A stretch of DNA of 54,617 nucleotides from Myxococcota bacterium (GTDB taxonomy: Bacteria > Myxococcota_A > UBA796 > CAJQPC01). The notes under the pieces are model-generated. The model saw only the letters and a program-made list of their open reading frames with translations. It searched no databases and was not told the origin of the DNA. The stretch spans positions 1 through 54,617 of the forward strand of contig DASCPX010000002.1 in NCBI GenBank assembly GCA_036012755.1, given 5' to 3'. This document shows positions 8,972-18,952 of the stretch, piece by piece; within the stretch, counting starts at the first letter, position 1; every line of letters begins with the position of its first letter. The translations under genes and the position numbers were made by a program.

Positions 8972-9642
8972 AGCCGCCCGAGCTCCAAGAAGGCCTTCGC
9001 GATGACCCTTACGTTCGCGCCCGTCGGCGAGCCGGCTGGACGGGGGTAGTGGCCGACCGGGAGCTGCTTCAGGCGGAAGCCAGCGGCCCGGGCCCGAATC
9101 AGGATCTCGCTGTTCACGAACGCCCCCACCGAGGTGATCGGCACCGCGTCGAAGACCCGGCGGTGGAAGACCTTGAACGCGCAGTCGATGTCTCGCACCC
9201 GGAGGTCGAAGAGGAGATCGATGAGCTGTCCCCATGCCCAGGCGTTGGCGAGGCGAGGCAGGGAGTCGGAGCGCTCGGCGCGGTAGCCCGCGATGATGTC
9301 GTAGTCGTCCGCGTAGCGGAGCAGCTTCACGATCTCGGCGAGGTCGAACTGGAGGTCCGCGTCGGTGAAGAAGATGAGCTCCTTCGTCGAGGCCATGATG
9401 CCGGTGCGCAGCGCGGCCCCGTAGCCCCTGTTCTGCGGGTGGCTGATGCACCGGATGCGGTGGTCGCCCCTGGCCTCGTCGTCCGCGATCTGGCGGGTCT
9501 GGTCGCTGGAGCCGTCGTCCACGACGATGACCTCGAAGTCGATCCCCACATGCTCCAGGATCTCCACCGCGTGCTGGACCGAGGCCCCGATGTTCTCGGC
9601 CTCGTTGAAGGCGGGCAGGACGATGCTGATCGAGCGGTTCAT
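8902..9642 (-). CDS. Glycosyltransferase family 2 (polyprenol-phosphate glycosyltransferase-like)
   Basis: SIVLPAFNE, VDDGSSD, NRGYGAA, DADLQ and DIDCAFK motifs. Confidence 0.92.
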   Translation of the reverse strand: MNRSISIVLPAFNEAENIGASVQHAVEILEHVGIDFEVIVVDDGSSDQTRQIADDEARGDHRIRCISHPQNRGYGAALRTGIMASTKELIFFTDADLQFDLAEIVKLLRYADDYDIIAGYRAERSDSLPRLANAWAWGQLIDLLFDLRVRDIDCAFKVFHRRVFDAVPITSVGAFVNSEILIRARAAGFRLKQLPVGHYPRPAGSPTGANVRVIAKAFLELGRLYGDLRGLPAPRTSPTMSSPTRS

Positions 9643-9669
9643 CGGGTGGTCACCTATCGGCGCGATAAC

Positions 9670-10677
9670 TCATCGCCTACGCTCGAGGACTTCGTTCGCG
9701 AAGGCTGGACGCAGGGTGTAGCGGCGGGCGGCGAGCCACCGGATGGCTCCAGGAGCGTCATCGATGCTGACTGTGAGCACGACGGCCCCGTGGCGCGCCG
9801 CGAGGTGCTCGACCCGCGCCGCCCAGTCGTGATCCGTCGTGACCACCTCATTGGCGCGCAGCACGGGGATGCCGGCGTTGCGCGCCTCGCGAAGGACCAT
9901 CGGCTCGATCTGCCCGGCGGCGTCGAGCAGGTAGAGGTGCTCCGAGGCGATGAGGTCGTCGTCGAGGTCGGCGCCAGGGTTCTCTCCGACGAGCAGTCCA
10001 GTGGCGTAGGGCACGGAGTCGATGGCGATGTGGAGGGGCTGGCCGGCCTGGAGATCGATGAGCACCTCCTTGTGCTGGATGGCCGCGTCCCGAGCGTTCC
10101 TGAGCGCGAACGGAGAGAAGGGCACGATGCCTACCGTCAGGGGCAGGTTGGTCTTCAGGACAGCCGTGCCGCGACCATCGACGCCCAGCCCCGTGACGAC
10201 GATGGCCACCAGCGGCGTGACGTCGTCTTGGAGGTGGGCCTCGCCGAGGGTGGGCTCGATGGAGACGTGGTGTGACAGCCGCTTGCCGACGTAGACGCGG
10301 ATGTCGACGTCGAGCTCGTTCGCCGTCGTGACGTAGGCCACCAGCGGAGGATCCTCACCGTAGCGCGGGTCCTCCACGAGCCTCTTGATCAGCGTGGCGC
10401 GGTCGGCAGGGTCGAAGCGCGCCGGGAGGCGCACCCGCTTGCGGCGCACTGGCCAGAGGTCCTCTTGGGTCTCTTCGTCGGAGATGACGATGGCGTCGGT
10501 GAGCTCGCCCTCGACGATCTCGTCGGCGATCCGGGCCAGGCGCAAGGCCCTTGCGTCTGGAGCAGCCTCCTGTTCCGTCTCTCCGCCGCCGACGTCCTCG
10601 GCCATATGCCAGGTGACCTGCCAGGCGGCGACCACCAGCACCGCCAGGGCGAGGCCCCAGCCCAGGACGCGTCTCAC
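9670..10677 (-). CDS. Divergent polysaccharide deacetylase family protein (YibQ-like, degenerate)
   Basis: N-terminal TM anchor. PLVAIVVTGLG...LPLTVGIVPFSP resembles the YibQ fold. Usual position after envC-ctpA. Confidence 0.7.
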   Translation of the reverse strand: MRRVLGWGLALAVLVVAAWQVTWHMAEDVGGGETEQEAAPDARALRLARIADEIVEGELTDAIVISDEETQEDLWPVRRKRVRLPARFDPADRATLIKRLVEDPRYGEDPPLVAYVTTANELDVDIRVYVGKRLSHHVSIEPTLGEAHLQDDVTPLVAIVVTGLGVDGRGTAVLKTNLPLTVGIVPFSPFALRNARDAAIQHKEVLIDLQAGQPLHIAIDSVPYATGLLVGENPGADLDDDLIASEHLYLLDAAGQIEPMVLREARNAGIPVLRANEVVTTDHDWAARVEHLAARHGAVVLTVSIDDAPGAIRWLAARRYTLRPAFANEVLERRR

Positions 10678-12017
10678 TCGCGCGCCGCCTTCAGCGCTGC
10701 GGCAAGCTGTGGATCGTCCCGCTCGCGCACGTTCCCGCGGAAGCTCGGCACGCCCGGCTCCGGGCGGGCAGCTGGCAGGCGCGCCGCGATCGCGACCAGC
10801 CTGTCTCGCTCCTCCTCCGAGAGCGTTGCCTCGGCGATGGCCTCCGCGAGCTCGTCCTGGGGCGTGGGCGGTCCCAGCAGCAGGACGCTGATGTCCGGCC
10901 GGATGCCCTCGCCCCGCTCCAGCTTCCGGCCGGAGGGCAGGAAGTAGTGACCGATCGTCAAGGACAGGGCGCTGTCGTCCTCGTACTCGAAGTAGGTCTG
11001 GACCGAGCCCTTTCCGTAGCTCGGAGCCCCGACGATCGTGGCGCGGCCGTGGTCCTGCAGGGCGCCGGCGACGATCTCCGAGGCGCTGGCGGACATTCCA
11101 TCGATCAGGACCACGAGCTTCGTGTCGAGGTCGGTCCCCGCGGCGGTGGCCTCGTGCCGCTCGTCGATACTCTCGCGGCCGCGGGTCTCCACGATGAGCC
11201 CCGCGTCGACGAAGTGATCGACCACCACGACGGCCTCGTCGAGGAGCCCGCCCGGGTTGTTCCGCAGGTCGATGACGAGGCTGTCCAGCGAGCCTCCGTC
11301 GAGACTCTGGAGGTGACCCAGTTCGTCGAGGAACTCCTTGCCGGAGTTGCGCCGGAACTGCTCGATGCGCAGATAGCCCAGGCCCGGCTCTACCAGCTGC
11401 GAGGCCACCGAGGGCTGGTGGATCTCGTCTCGCACCACCTCGAGCAAGAGCGGTGCGTCCGGGTCCCCGCGGACCACCGTGAGGACCACAGGCGTGCCAC
11501 GGGGGCCCTTGACCACGTCTACTGCTGCCTCGACCGTCCAGGTCTGCACGTCGGCGCCGTCGATGGCGACGATGCGGTCGTTGACCTCGACACCGCCGAG
11601 CTCCGCGGGGCCTCCGGGCACCACCTCCACCACGAGGAGGCCGCCGGTCTCGGCCGCGTTGACCAGGACGCCGATGCCGCTGGTCGACCCCTCCGTGTCG
11701 TCCCGCAGGGCGCGGTAGGTCTCGGGATCGAAGAACTGTGTGCGGCTGTCGAGGGCATCGGCCATGCCTTCGATGGCTGCCCAGATCAGCACGCTGGTGT
11801 CGACCTCTTCGACGTAGTGCGTCTGGATCTGCGTGATCGCGCGGGCGAAGGTGTCGAGGCTCTCGTAGGGCGCACGAGACGACTCGGCAGCCCGGACGAC
11901 CGCTTCATTGCCTGCAAAGATGCCGGCCGTGAACACCACGAAGGTGGCGCAGAAGGCCCTGACGCTGGGGTTCCGCCAGATGCTCACAGCGGGACGGGGC
12001 GCGTCGGATCCAGGCAC
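10674..12017 (-). CDS. ctpA: S41 family C-terminal processing protease
   Basis: PDZ domain, DLRNNPGGLL, SASASEIVAGALQD, GKGSVQ. Start GTG at 12017 or 11987; the ORF-track extension to 12470 overlaps envC. Confidence 0.93.
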   Translation of the reverse strand: MPGSDAPRPAVSIWRNPSVRAFCATFVVFTAGIFAGNEAVVRAAESSRAPYESLDTFARAITQIQTHYVEEVDTSVLIWAAIEGMADALDSRTQFFDPETYRALRDDTEGSTSGIGVLVNAAETGGLLVVEVVPGGPAELGGVEVNDRIVAIDGADVQTWTVEAAVDVVKGPRGTPVVLTVVRGDPDAPLLLEVVRDEIHQPSVASQLVEPGLGYLRIEQFRRNSGKEFLDELGHLQSLDGGSLDSLVIDLRNNPGGLLDEAVVVVDHFVDAGLIVETRGRESIDERHEATAAGTDLDTKLVVLIDGMSASASEIVAGALQDHGRATIVGAPSYGKGSVQTYFEYEDDSALSLTIGHYFLPSGRKLERGEGIRPDISVLLLGPPTPQDELAEAIAEATLSEEERDRLVAIAARLPAARPEPGVPSFRGNVRERDDPQLAAALKAARE

Positions 12018-12018
12018 G

Positions 12019-13101
12019 TCAGGTCTTGGACCCCAGCCAGCGCATCGGGTCCTGTGGGGTGTCGTAGCGGCGGACCTCGAAGTGGAGCCGCGAGCCCTTG
12101 CCGTCGGTGACGCCGGTCTCTCCGGCGAGTCCGATGACGTCACCGCGCTTGACCTGCTTGCCGAGCTTGACCTGTGACTTGCCGAGGTGGGCGTAGACGG
12201 TCTTGAAGCCGTCCCCGTGGTCCACGATGATGGTCTGGCCGTAGCCGGGGAAGAACTGCAGGTTGCTGACCACCCCGTCGGCGACGACTCGAATGGGTGT
12301 GTGCTTCGGCGCGAGGATGGTGACGCCGTGGTTCTTCGCGTCCCCTCCGGTCTTTTCGTCGATGTAGCGGCCGTAGCCTCGCAGGATGTCGCCGCTGACC
12401 GGCCACCGCATCTTCCCTGCCAGGGTCGCGAAGGGCTCGCTGCCGCTCTTGCCAGCGTCACCGGCGTCATAGAGCGCCAGCGTCTCGCCCATGTCCACCC
12501 CCGCCTGGGTCCGCTCGCGGAGAGCGCCGAGCGCGGTGGTCTTGTCGGTCTTGATCTCCTCCAGGAGCGCGAGGCGCCGAGCGCGGTCGTCTCGCAGGCG
12601 GGCCTCCTTCAAGCGGACCTCGGCCTGCAGCGCCGCCAGGGCCGCCCGGTCGGTGTCGACGCGGTCGACCGCGCCGCGCTTGAGCTCGACCTGGTTCCGG
12701 AAGCGGCGCACCACCACCTCGGTCTCGCGGATGATCGAAGAGAGGTAGCGGGTGCGCCGGCGGAGGTCGTGGGGATCCTCCGCCGAGAAGACGATGCGGG
12801 CGAAGCCGCGCCGGTTGATGTGGTAGAGGGCTCGGATGAGTCCGCTGATCTCGTCGGCCTGCTCGTCGAGCGCCGCCTGGGCGCGCATCAACTCGTCCTC
12901 GTTGAGCATGCGCTCCTGCTCGAGCTCCTGGCCGCGCTCGGAGAGCTGGTTGATCTCCTGCTGGACCTCGTAGAGCTGCGCTTCGACGTCGTTGAGTTCG
13001 CTCAGGATGCGGCGCTCGTTGCGCTCGGCCTTGTGGAGGGTCCGCCGCGGATCGAGGTCTTCGGCGAACGCGGACACCAAGAACAGCAAGAGCAGCATCA
13101 T
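12019..13101 (-). CDS. envC: Murein hydrolase activator (coiled coil plus degenerate M23/LytM domain)
   Basis: Long coiled coil, then WPVSG, YGQTIIVDHG, VYAHL and LHFEVR with incomplete Zn ligands. Follows ftsX. Confidence 0.88.
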   Translation of the reverse strand: MMLLLLFLVSAFAEDLDPRRTLHKAERNERRILSELNDVEAQLYEVQQEINQLSERGQELEQERMLNEDELMRAQAALDEQADEISGLIRALYHINRRGFARIVFSAEDPHDLRRRTRYLSSIIRETEVVVRRFRNQVELKRGAVDRVDTDRAALAALQAEVRLKEARLRDDRARRLALLEEIKTDKTTALGALRERTQAGVDMGETLALYDAGDAGKSGSEPFATLAGKMRWPVSGDILRGYGRYIDEKTGGDAKNHGVTILAPKHTPIRVVADGVVSNLQFFPGYGQTIIVDHGDGFKTVYAHLGKSQVKLGKQVKRGDVIGLAGETGVTDGKGSRLHFEVRRYDTPQDPMRWLGSKT

Positions 13102-13985
13102 GGGGCCTGGCTCCAGAACCGGAAGATGCTCGTCGAGCAGCCGACTACGCCGAGCACCACTCCAGCCAGCAGGAGCACGGCGACGTATTGGAGGGGGAGG
13201 AACATCATGCCGTCATCTACAGAGAGTGACAGCGTGTCCTGGAGCTGGTTCACCAGGGCCTTGTGGAGCACGAAGACGCCGAGGAGGGCGAGCAGCGAGC
13301 CAACGAAGCCCTGCAGGGCGCCCTCGAGGATGAAGGGGACAGCGACGAAGGTCCAGGTGGCGCCGACCAGCTTCATCGTCTCGAGCTCCTGCCGGCGCGC
13401 GTAGGCCACGAGGTGCATCGTGTTTCCGACGAGGAACACGGCGGCGGTGAAGATGAGCGAGCCCAGCACGATGCCGAGGACCTGCAAGAGCGCCAGGAAG
13501 GTGTTGAAGCGCTGGACCCACTCCTGCCCGTAGTCGATGTACTCGAAGTCGGCGGCGTCGATCGAGTCGACGAAGGTGGCGATGTCGCCTGGTCGCGTCG
13601 ACGACTCCCTGAGCTTGATCTCGAGTGACGCGGGGAGGACCGAGGGGCCGAGTTCCTCGATGATAGGGCCGACGTCCTCGACCTTCACCATGAGCCACTC
13701 GGCGGCTTCCTCCTCGGAGACGTACCGCACATCTGCTACAGCCGGCAGGTTCGAGATGTCGTCCTTGACCTCGAAGCGCCGGTCGACGGGCACGTCGGTG
13801 TAGAAGTACGCGCTGACGTGGACGTCGCGGTCCCAGCTGTCCACGACCCGACCCAGGTTCACCATGATGCCGAGGTAGACCCCGGCCAACAGCACCGCGG
13901 CGGTGATGACCCCCGTCGCCACCAGGTTCAGGTAGATGTTCTCGCGAAGGGACCGCAGGGCCCGACGGATGAGGTGGCCCAGCAT
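13098..13985 (-). CDS. ftsX: Cell division permease FtsX
   Basis: LPASLEI, IDYGQEW, MKLVGAT and PFILEG motifs; four TM segments. Confidence 0.93.
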   Translation of the reverse strand: MLGHLIRRALRSLRENIYLNLVATGVITAAVLLAGVYLGIMVNLGRVVDSWDRDVHVSAYFYTDVPVDRRFEVKDDISNLPAVADVRYVSEEEAAEWLMVKVEDVGPIIEELGPSVLPASLEIKLRESSTRPGDIATFVDSIDAADFEYIDYGQEWVQRFNTFLALLQVLGIVLGSLIFTAAVFLVGNTMHLVAYARRQELETMKLVGATWTFVAVPFILEGALQGFVGSLLALLGVFVLHKALVNQLQDTLSLSVDDGMMFLPLQYVAVLLLAGVVLGVVGCSTSIFRFWSQAP

Positions 13986-14638
13986 CAGCGGTCCACCAGG
14001 CGGCCACGCTCGAAGCGCAGGCGACGATGGGGGAAGCGGTCCATGAGGGCGACATCGTGGGTCGCCACCAACACCGTGGTGCCTCGCAGGTTCACGGAGA
14101 GGAGGATCTCCATGACCTCGATGGCCAGGCCACCGTCGAGGTTCCCCGTTGGTTCATCGGCGAGCAGGACGGCCGGGTCGTTGATGATCGCGCGCGCTAC
14201 GGCGACGCGTTGCTGCTCGCCGCCGGAGAGGTCCAGCGGGTGGCGCTCGCCCATGCCCCCGAGCCCGACCACCGTGAGCGCGGCGCGGACCCGTCGGTCG
14301 ACCTTGGCTCGGCTCACGCCCAGGACCTCCAGCGCCAGGCCGACGTTGTCACCCACGGTCCGGCTCTCGATGAGCTTGAAGTCCTGAAAGACGACGCCGA
14401 TGTTGCGGCGCAGGAAGGGGAGTTGGCGCGAGCTCAGCTTGCTGGCGTCTACCCCGCCGACCAGCAGCTTCCCGCTCGTCGGCCGGATGGCGCCGTAGAG
14501 CAGCTTCAAGAGCGTGCTCTTGCCTGCTCCGGAGGTGCCCGTGACGTAGGCGAACTCGCCTTTGCTCACGTGAACCGTGACATCGTTCAGGGCCTCGACA
14601 TCGCCGAAGGCCTTGTGCACGTGGTAGAGGCGGATCAC
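13985..14638 (-). CDS. ftsE: Cell division ATP-binding protein FtsE
   Basis: GTSGAGKS, LRRNIGVVFQDFKLI, LSGGEQQRV and ADEPTGNLD motifs. Confidence 0.94.
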   Translation of the reverse strand: MIRLYHVHKAFGDVEALNDVTVHVSKGEFAYVTGTSGAGKSTLLKLLYGAIRPTSGKLLVGGVDASKLSSRQLPFLRRNIGVVFQDFKLIESRTVGDNVGLALEVLGVSRAKVDRRVRAALTVVGLGGMGERHPLDLSGGEQQRVAVARAIINDPAVLLADEPTGNLDGGLAIEVMEILLSVNLRGTTVLVATHDVALMDRFPHRRLRFERGRLVDR

Positions 14639-15447
14639 GGCGTCGCGAATGGCCCGTTGGGGTCGGGCAAATCTACCAGTTCCGCGTGTTCGACAGGCGC
14701 ACCGAGGAACCGACCGCCGACCTCGACGAAGCGGTCGAGGTTGTCGGTGACCAGGAAACGTGCTCGCCCCTGGCTTTCCGAGCGCGCGAGTCCGCTGGCC
14801 TGGAGCTCTTTTGCGACCGCTCGTGCGGTGGCGGTCGCCGAGTCGACGAGGCGCACGCCGGGCAGGACCGAGCTGATGACGTCTCTCAGCAGGGGGTAGT
14901 GCGTGCAGCCGAGGATCAGCGTGTCGGGGCCGCCGCGCAGGTGGCCGAGGTATGCCTCTGCGACCAGGCTCGGGACCTGCCCCGAGGTCCAGCCCTCCTC
15001 TGCCAGCGACACGAAGAGCGGGCAGGGGACACCGACCGCTTCGACCCCCCGAGCCGCCAGGGCGTGCTGGTAGCGGTTGCTGTCGATGGTGCCCACGGTC
15101 CCGGCGACGGCTACCCGCCCAGTCCGAGTGACGGCCACAGCCGCGTCCACTCCCGGCTGGAGCACGCCGACAACTGGGATACCGGTGGCCGCGGCGCGCA
15201 GGGTCGGGAGCGCGTGAGCGGTCGCCGTGTTGCAGGCGACGACGAGGGCCTTGATGCCGCCCTCCCAGAGGTGCGATGCGACGCGCGCGGCGTACTTGAC
15301 CACGGTCTCCGGTGAGCGGGTGCCGTAGGGCACGCGAGCAGTGTCCCCGAGGTACAGGAGGTCCTCGTGGGGCAGCTCGTCGCGGAGTGCGGCGAGGACC
15401 GTGAGGCCGCCCACACCAGAGTCGAAGACACCGATCGGTCGGTCCAC
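14635..15447 (-). CDS. murI: Glutamate racemase
   Basis: PIGVFDSGVGGLTV, ACNTA and LGCTHYP motifs. Confidence 0.96.
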   Translation of the reverse strand: MDRPIGVFDSGVGGLTVLAALRDELPHEDLLYLGDTARVPYGTRSPETVVKYAARVASHLWEGGIKALVVACNTATAHALPTLRAAATGIPVVGVLQPGVDAAVAVTRTGRVAVAGTVGTIDSNRYQHALAARGVEAVGVPCPLFVSLAEEGWTSGQVPSLVAEAYLGHLRGGPDTLILGCTHYPLLRDVISSVLPGVRLVDSATATARAVAKELQASGLARSESQGRARFLVTDNLDRFVEVGGRFLGAPVEHAELVDLPDPNGPFATP

Positions 15448-15477
15448 CTGGTCTCCATGGGCGTGCTAGAGAGCGGC

Positions 15478-16011
15478 ATGCAGATAGCGGTCTACGGAGG
15501 CAGCTTCAACCCGCCCCACGTCGGACACGCGATGGTGGCGGGGTGGTTGACGTGGACAAGGCGAGCTGACTCGGTGTGGCTCGTCCCCTGCGTGGAGCAC
15601 GCATTCGACAAGGAGCTGGCTCCCTTCGCGGCGCGCAAGGCCATGTGCGAGGCCCTCGCTCGAGCGGTCGGTCCGCAGGTCCTCGTCTCGGACATCGAGG
15701 TCTCCCTGCCTACGCCCAACTACACCTGGAACACCCTGAGGTCGCTCTCCGAGCGGCATCCGGAGCATCGGTTTCGCCTGGTCGTCGGAGCCGACACCTT
15801 GGATGAGACCCACCTCTGGCACCGGTGGGACGACATCGTCGAGCGCTTCACGCCCATCATCGTCGGGCGGGGCGGCTTTCCACCGGTGCCCACGGCTCCG
15901 ACCTTCCCGCAGCTCTCCAGCACAGAGCTGCGTGCTGCTCTCGCTCGGGGCGAACCTGTCGATCACCTCGTCGTCGCAGGGGTGATCGAGCACCTGGGGG
16001 TCTACACGTGA
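15478..16011 (+). CDS. nadD: Nicotinate-nucleotide adenylyltransferase
   Basis: YGGSFNPPHVGH, LVVGAD and LSSTELR motifs. Confidence 0.92.
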   Translation: MQIAVYGGSFNPPHVGHAMVAGWLTWTRRADSVWLVPCVEHAFDKELAPFAARKAMCEALARAVGPQVLVSDIEVSLPTPNYTWNTLRSLSERHPEHRFRLVVGADTLDETHLWHRWDDIVERFTPIIVGRGGFPPVPTAPTFPQLSSTELRAALARGEPVDHLVVAGVIEHLGVYT

Positions 16012-16679
16012 CGCTCATTCTCTGGGACATAGACGGCACCTTGCTGAGCACCGGTGGCGCTGGGCGCGGGGCGCTGAATCGGGCCTTCGAAGAGCTACAT
16101 GGAGTCCCAGACGGCTTCCGCGACGTGCACTTCGGCGGACGCACCGATCCGGGCATCGTCGCCCAGGCTTTCGAGCTGGCTGGGCTCACCCTCGGCCCCG
16201 GCGACACCGAGCGCTTGTTGCGCCACTACCTGCCCCTGTTGGAGGGGAGCCTGGCGAGGAGGGTCCCCGTCCTGAAGCCCGGGGTCCCCGAGATCCTCGA
16301 CGCCACGGCCCCCTTCGGTGTCAACGCGCTCCTGACGGGCAACTGGAGCGAGGGGGCCCGCCACAAGCTCTCCTCTGTGGGTCTCTGGGAGCGCTTCGAG
16401 TTCGGGGCATTCGGCGACGACAGCGACGACCGGAACGACCTCGTCTTCTTTGCTCGCCGCCGGGCCGAGGAGCGCGGCCACCGTGTCCGAGAGGTCGTCG
16501 TCATCGGCGACACGATCTCGGACGTCGCGTGCGCCCGCGCCGGGGCTGCACACGCCATCGCGGTCGAGACGGGCTGGTCGACGCGCGAGGAGCTGTTCGC
16601 TGCGTGCCCCGACCTCCTGCTCGTCGATCTCTGCGACCCGGCCCTGCTCGCCTACATCTCCGGGCTGGCCGCGAAGTAG
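16008..16679 (+). CDS. HAD-family hydrolase
   Basis: LWDIDGTL, LLTGN and VIGDTISD motifs. GTGA overlap with the nadD stop. Confidence 0.9.
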   Translation: MTLILWDIDGTLLSTGGAGRGALNRAFEELHGVPDGFRDVHFGGRTDPGIVAQAFELAGLTLGPGDTERLLRHYLPLLEGSLARRVPVLKPGVPEILDATAPFGVNALLTGNWSEGARHKLSSVGLWERFEFGAFGDDSDDRNDLVFFARRRAEERGHRVREVVVIGDTISDVACARAGAAHAIAVETGWSTREELFAACPDLLLVDLCDPALLAYISGLAAK

Positions 16680-18229
16680 GTCACGCCATCGGTGGAGAGC
16701 GTCCTGTTGTCGAGCCCGCCGACGACGAGGACGCCGTAGACGGGGTCGGAGGCCAGCGTGGGCCACCAGACCTGAGAGGGGAGCGAGCCAGCGGCGTCGC
16801 CATCGGAGCAGCCATCGAGCAGCTCCCAGCCGATGCCCTCTGTCCACAGCTCGGCGCAGGCGATGGGGACGCCCCCTCCGTACTCCTCCTGGCCGTCGTA
16901 CATGCTCATTCCGGAGTTTCCGCCGATGACCAGCACTCGGCCATCCGCCAGCGTGGTCGCCGCGAAGGCTGCGCGGGGGATGTTCAGGTCGCCTGCGTCG
17001 CTCCACTGTCCCGTGTCGATGTCATAGATGACGGCGGAGGCCAGCGCCGACACCTCGTCCAGGAAGTCGATCGGATCGTCCTGGCTGACGCCGCCGATGA
17101 CCATGGCCCTGCCATCTCCGACCGGGACCATCTGGTGGTGGGCACGTGAGATCTCGAGGGCTACGGCGGAGTCCTCGACCGTGTCGCCCTGGACGAGCTG
17201 GCAGGTGCTCACCGTGTTCCAGACGTTCCCGCCGGGCAGCTCGGCGCCGCCACAGATGAGCGCTCCCTCGGAGCCGAGGGAGGCCCCGGCCAGGAAGGGT
17301 CCATAGCTGGCCAGGTCTCCGAGCTTCTCGAAGCTGCGCTCGTTCCGCCTGTAGACCTCGATCTTCTCGGAACGGGCGAGGTATCCGGCTCCCTCTTCGG
17401 CGCCCCAGCCGCCTGCCAACAGGACATCCCCCGACTGGAGCTCGATGGCGATGTGCTGGGTGCGGGCGTCCCTCAGGTTGTTCTCGGTAGGGACGGCCTC
17501 TCCGGTGGCGGGGTCCCACAAAAAAGCGCTGTTGCTGGTCGTCTGGAAGTCCAGGTCGTTGGTGTGGCCGCCGGCGAGCAGGATGAGCCCGGCGTCGTCG
17601 GCGCCGCCGGTGAGCAGGGTGGCGCTGTGCCCGATGTGTCCGGCGGAGCTCCCTGTGTACTTCGCCTCGAACTGCGGGATCGTGCCTGCCTCGGTGAAGG
17701 CGAGGTCCACCGCTGGCGGGGCGACGTCGACCCGCAGGATCGCGCTCGAGGCGTTGCCGCGCTCGGCGCCGTTCTCCCAGTAGCCGCGGGTGTCTCCGCC
17801 GAAGAGGAAGAAGCTGCCGTTGCCGTCGGGAGCCAGCGCGCCGAGCGCGTTGCTCTTGTCGAGCGAGGCGAACCAGCCTGCGGAGCCGACCTCGGTCACG
17901 AGCACCGTCTCCTCGATGCTCTCGTCGTGCGCCGTCACCGGCTGCGTTGTTCCATACGAGACCAGCAGCTCGCCGCTGTAGCCCACCAGTGTCAGGCGTG
18001 TTCCGTCGAGGTCGCTCAGGTCCTCTACCTGCGGTGAGCCGGTCGTGGACTCCAGCTCGTACTCCTCTGGAGCCCCCGCCGAGTGGTCGAGCCTCAGCAC
18101 GAGCCGGTCCAGTCCATCGAAGGGGGCCTGGTTGCTGGGGGTGACGACGTTCAGCGTCACGTCGTAGGTCGCGACCTCACCACGCCCTAGTGGTCCGTTC
18201 TCGCAGGCGATCAGCGCCAGAAGGTGCAT
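16652..18229 (-). CDS. Kelch-repeat beta-propeller lipoprotein
   Basis: MHLLALIA|C start; repeated R/H...GxVLxxGG kelch motifs (e.g. TTLADGRVLVIGG). Confidence 0.82.
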   Translation of the reverse strand: MHLLALIACENGPLGRGEVATYDVTLNVVTPSNQAPFDGLDRLVLRLDHSAGAPEEYELESTTGSPQVEDLSDLDGTRLTLVGYSGELLVSYGTTQPVTAHDESIEETVLVTEVGSAGWFASLDKSNALGALAPDGNGSFFLFGGDTRGYWENGAERGNASSAILRVDVAPPAVDLAFTEAGTIPQFEAKYTGSSAGHIGHSATLLTGGADDAGLILLAGGHTNDLDFQTTSNSAFLWDPATGEAVPTENNLRDARTQHIAIELQSGDVLLAGGWGAEEGAGYLARSEKIEVYRRNERSFEKLGDLASYGPFLAGASLGSEGALICGGAELPGGNVWNTVSTCQLVQGDTVEDSAVALEISRAHHQMVPVGDGRAMVIGGVSQDDPIDFLDEVSALASAVIYDIDTGQWSDAGDLNIPRAAFAATTLADGRVLVIGGNSGMSMYDGQEEYGGGVPIACAELWTEGIGWELLDGCSDGDAAGSLPSQVWWPTLASDPVYGVLVVGGLDNRTLSTDGVTYFAASPEM

Positions 18230-18289
18230 GGCGGGCAGCGTAGATGTGGCATTCGGAACCTGTCAACCGGACAGGGTTAGACCTTCTTC

Positions 18290-18952
18290 ATGCCTGCACT
18301 GAGCGAGCTGTTGGCTGGCGTCGAGGGCATCGCCCATGGCTTCACGGGGGTCGAGGAGGGCGACCTGCGCGGACCGGCAGGCTGGGCCGACGTCGCGAGG
18401 GCACTCGGGATCCCGGGGGCGCCGGTCGCGCGGGCGGTACAGGTCCATGGCACCCATGTCGTCGATGGAGACCCGGGGGGTCCGCTGGAGGTCCAGGCCG
18501 ACGCCGTGATTGTGAGCGAACCCGGAGTCTTCGCGGCGGTGCGGGTCGCGGACTGCGTGCCCATCTTGATGGCTGCTCCAGGCGCTGTGGCGGCGGTGCA
18601 CGCCGGCTGGCGAGGCACGGTCGCCAGGATCGCCCCGATCGCGCTGCAGCACCTCTGTGCCCGCGCTCGCTGCCGTCCGCGGGATGTCGTCGTTGCGATC
18701 GGACCGTGCATCTCGGTGGACGCCTACGAGGTCGGCGACGAGGTCCTCTCTTCGGTCGACGCCCTCGGGCCCGGTCTGACCCGGGGCCGGTACGCGGATC
18801 TGAAGGCCGCCAACGCGCACCTGCTCCGCGAGGCGGGTGTGGTGGACCTCGACGTCCTCGCCGTGTGCACGGTCGGGACTCCGGGTTTCTTCTCCTACCG
18901 ACGTGACGGTCCGGCCACCGGTCGCCAGGCCGGGCTCATCGCCCTGTGCTGA
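18290..18952 (+). CDS. pgeF: YfiH/PgeF family protein
   Basis: QVHG, ADCVPIL, HAGWRG, IGPCI and FFSYRR motifs. Confidence 0.92.
   Translation: MPALSELLAGVEGIAHGFTGVEEGDLRGPAGWADVARALGIPGAPVARAVQVHGTHVVDGDPGGPLEVQADAVIVSEPGVFAAVRVADCVPILMAAPGAVAAVHAGWRGTVARIAPIALQHLCARARCRPRDVVVAIGPCISVDAYEVGDEVLSSVDALGPGLTRGRYADLKAANAHLLREAGVVDLDVLAVCTVGTPGFFSYRRDGPATGRQAGLIALC

Noticed and set aside
12018..12470. N-terminal extension of ctpA in the ORF track
   Set aside because: It overlaps envC out of frame and gives low-complexity sequence; the real start is near 12017 or 11987.
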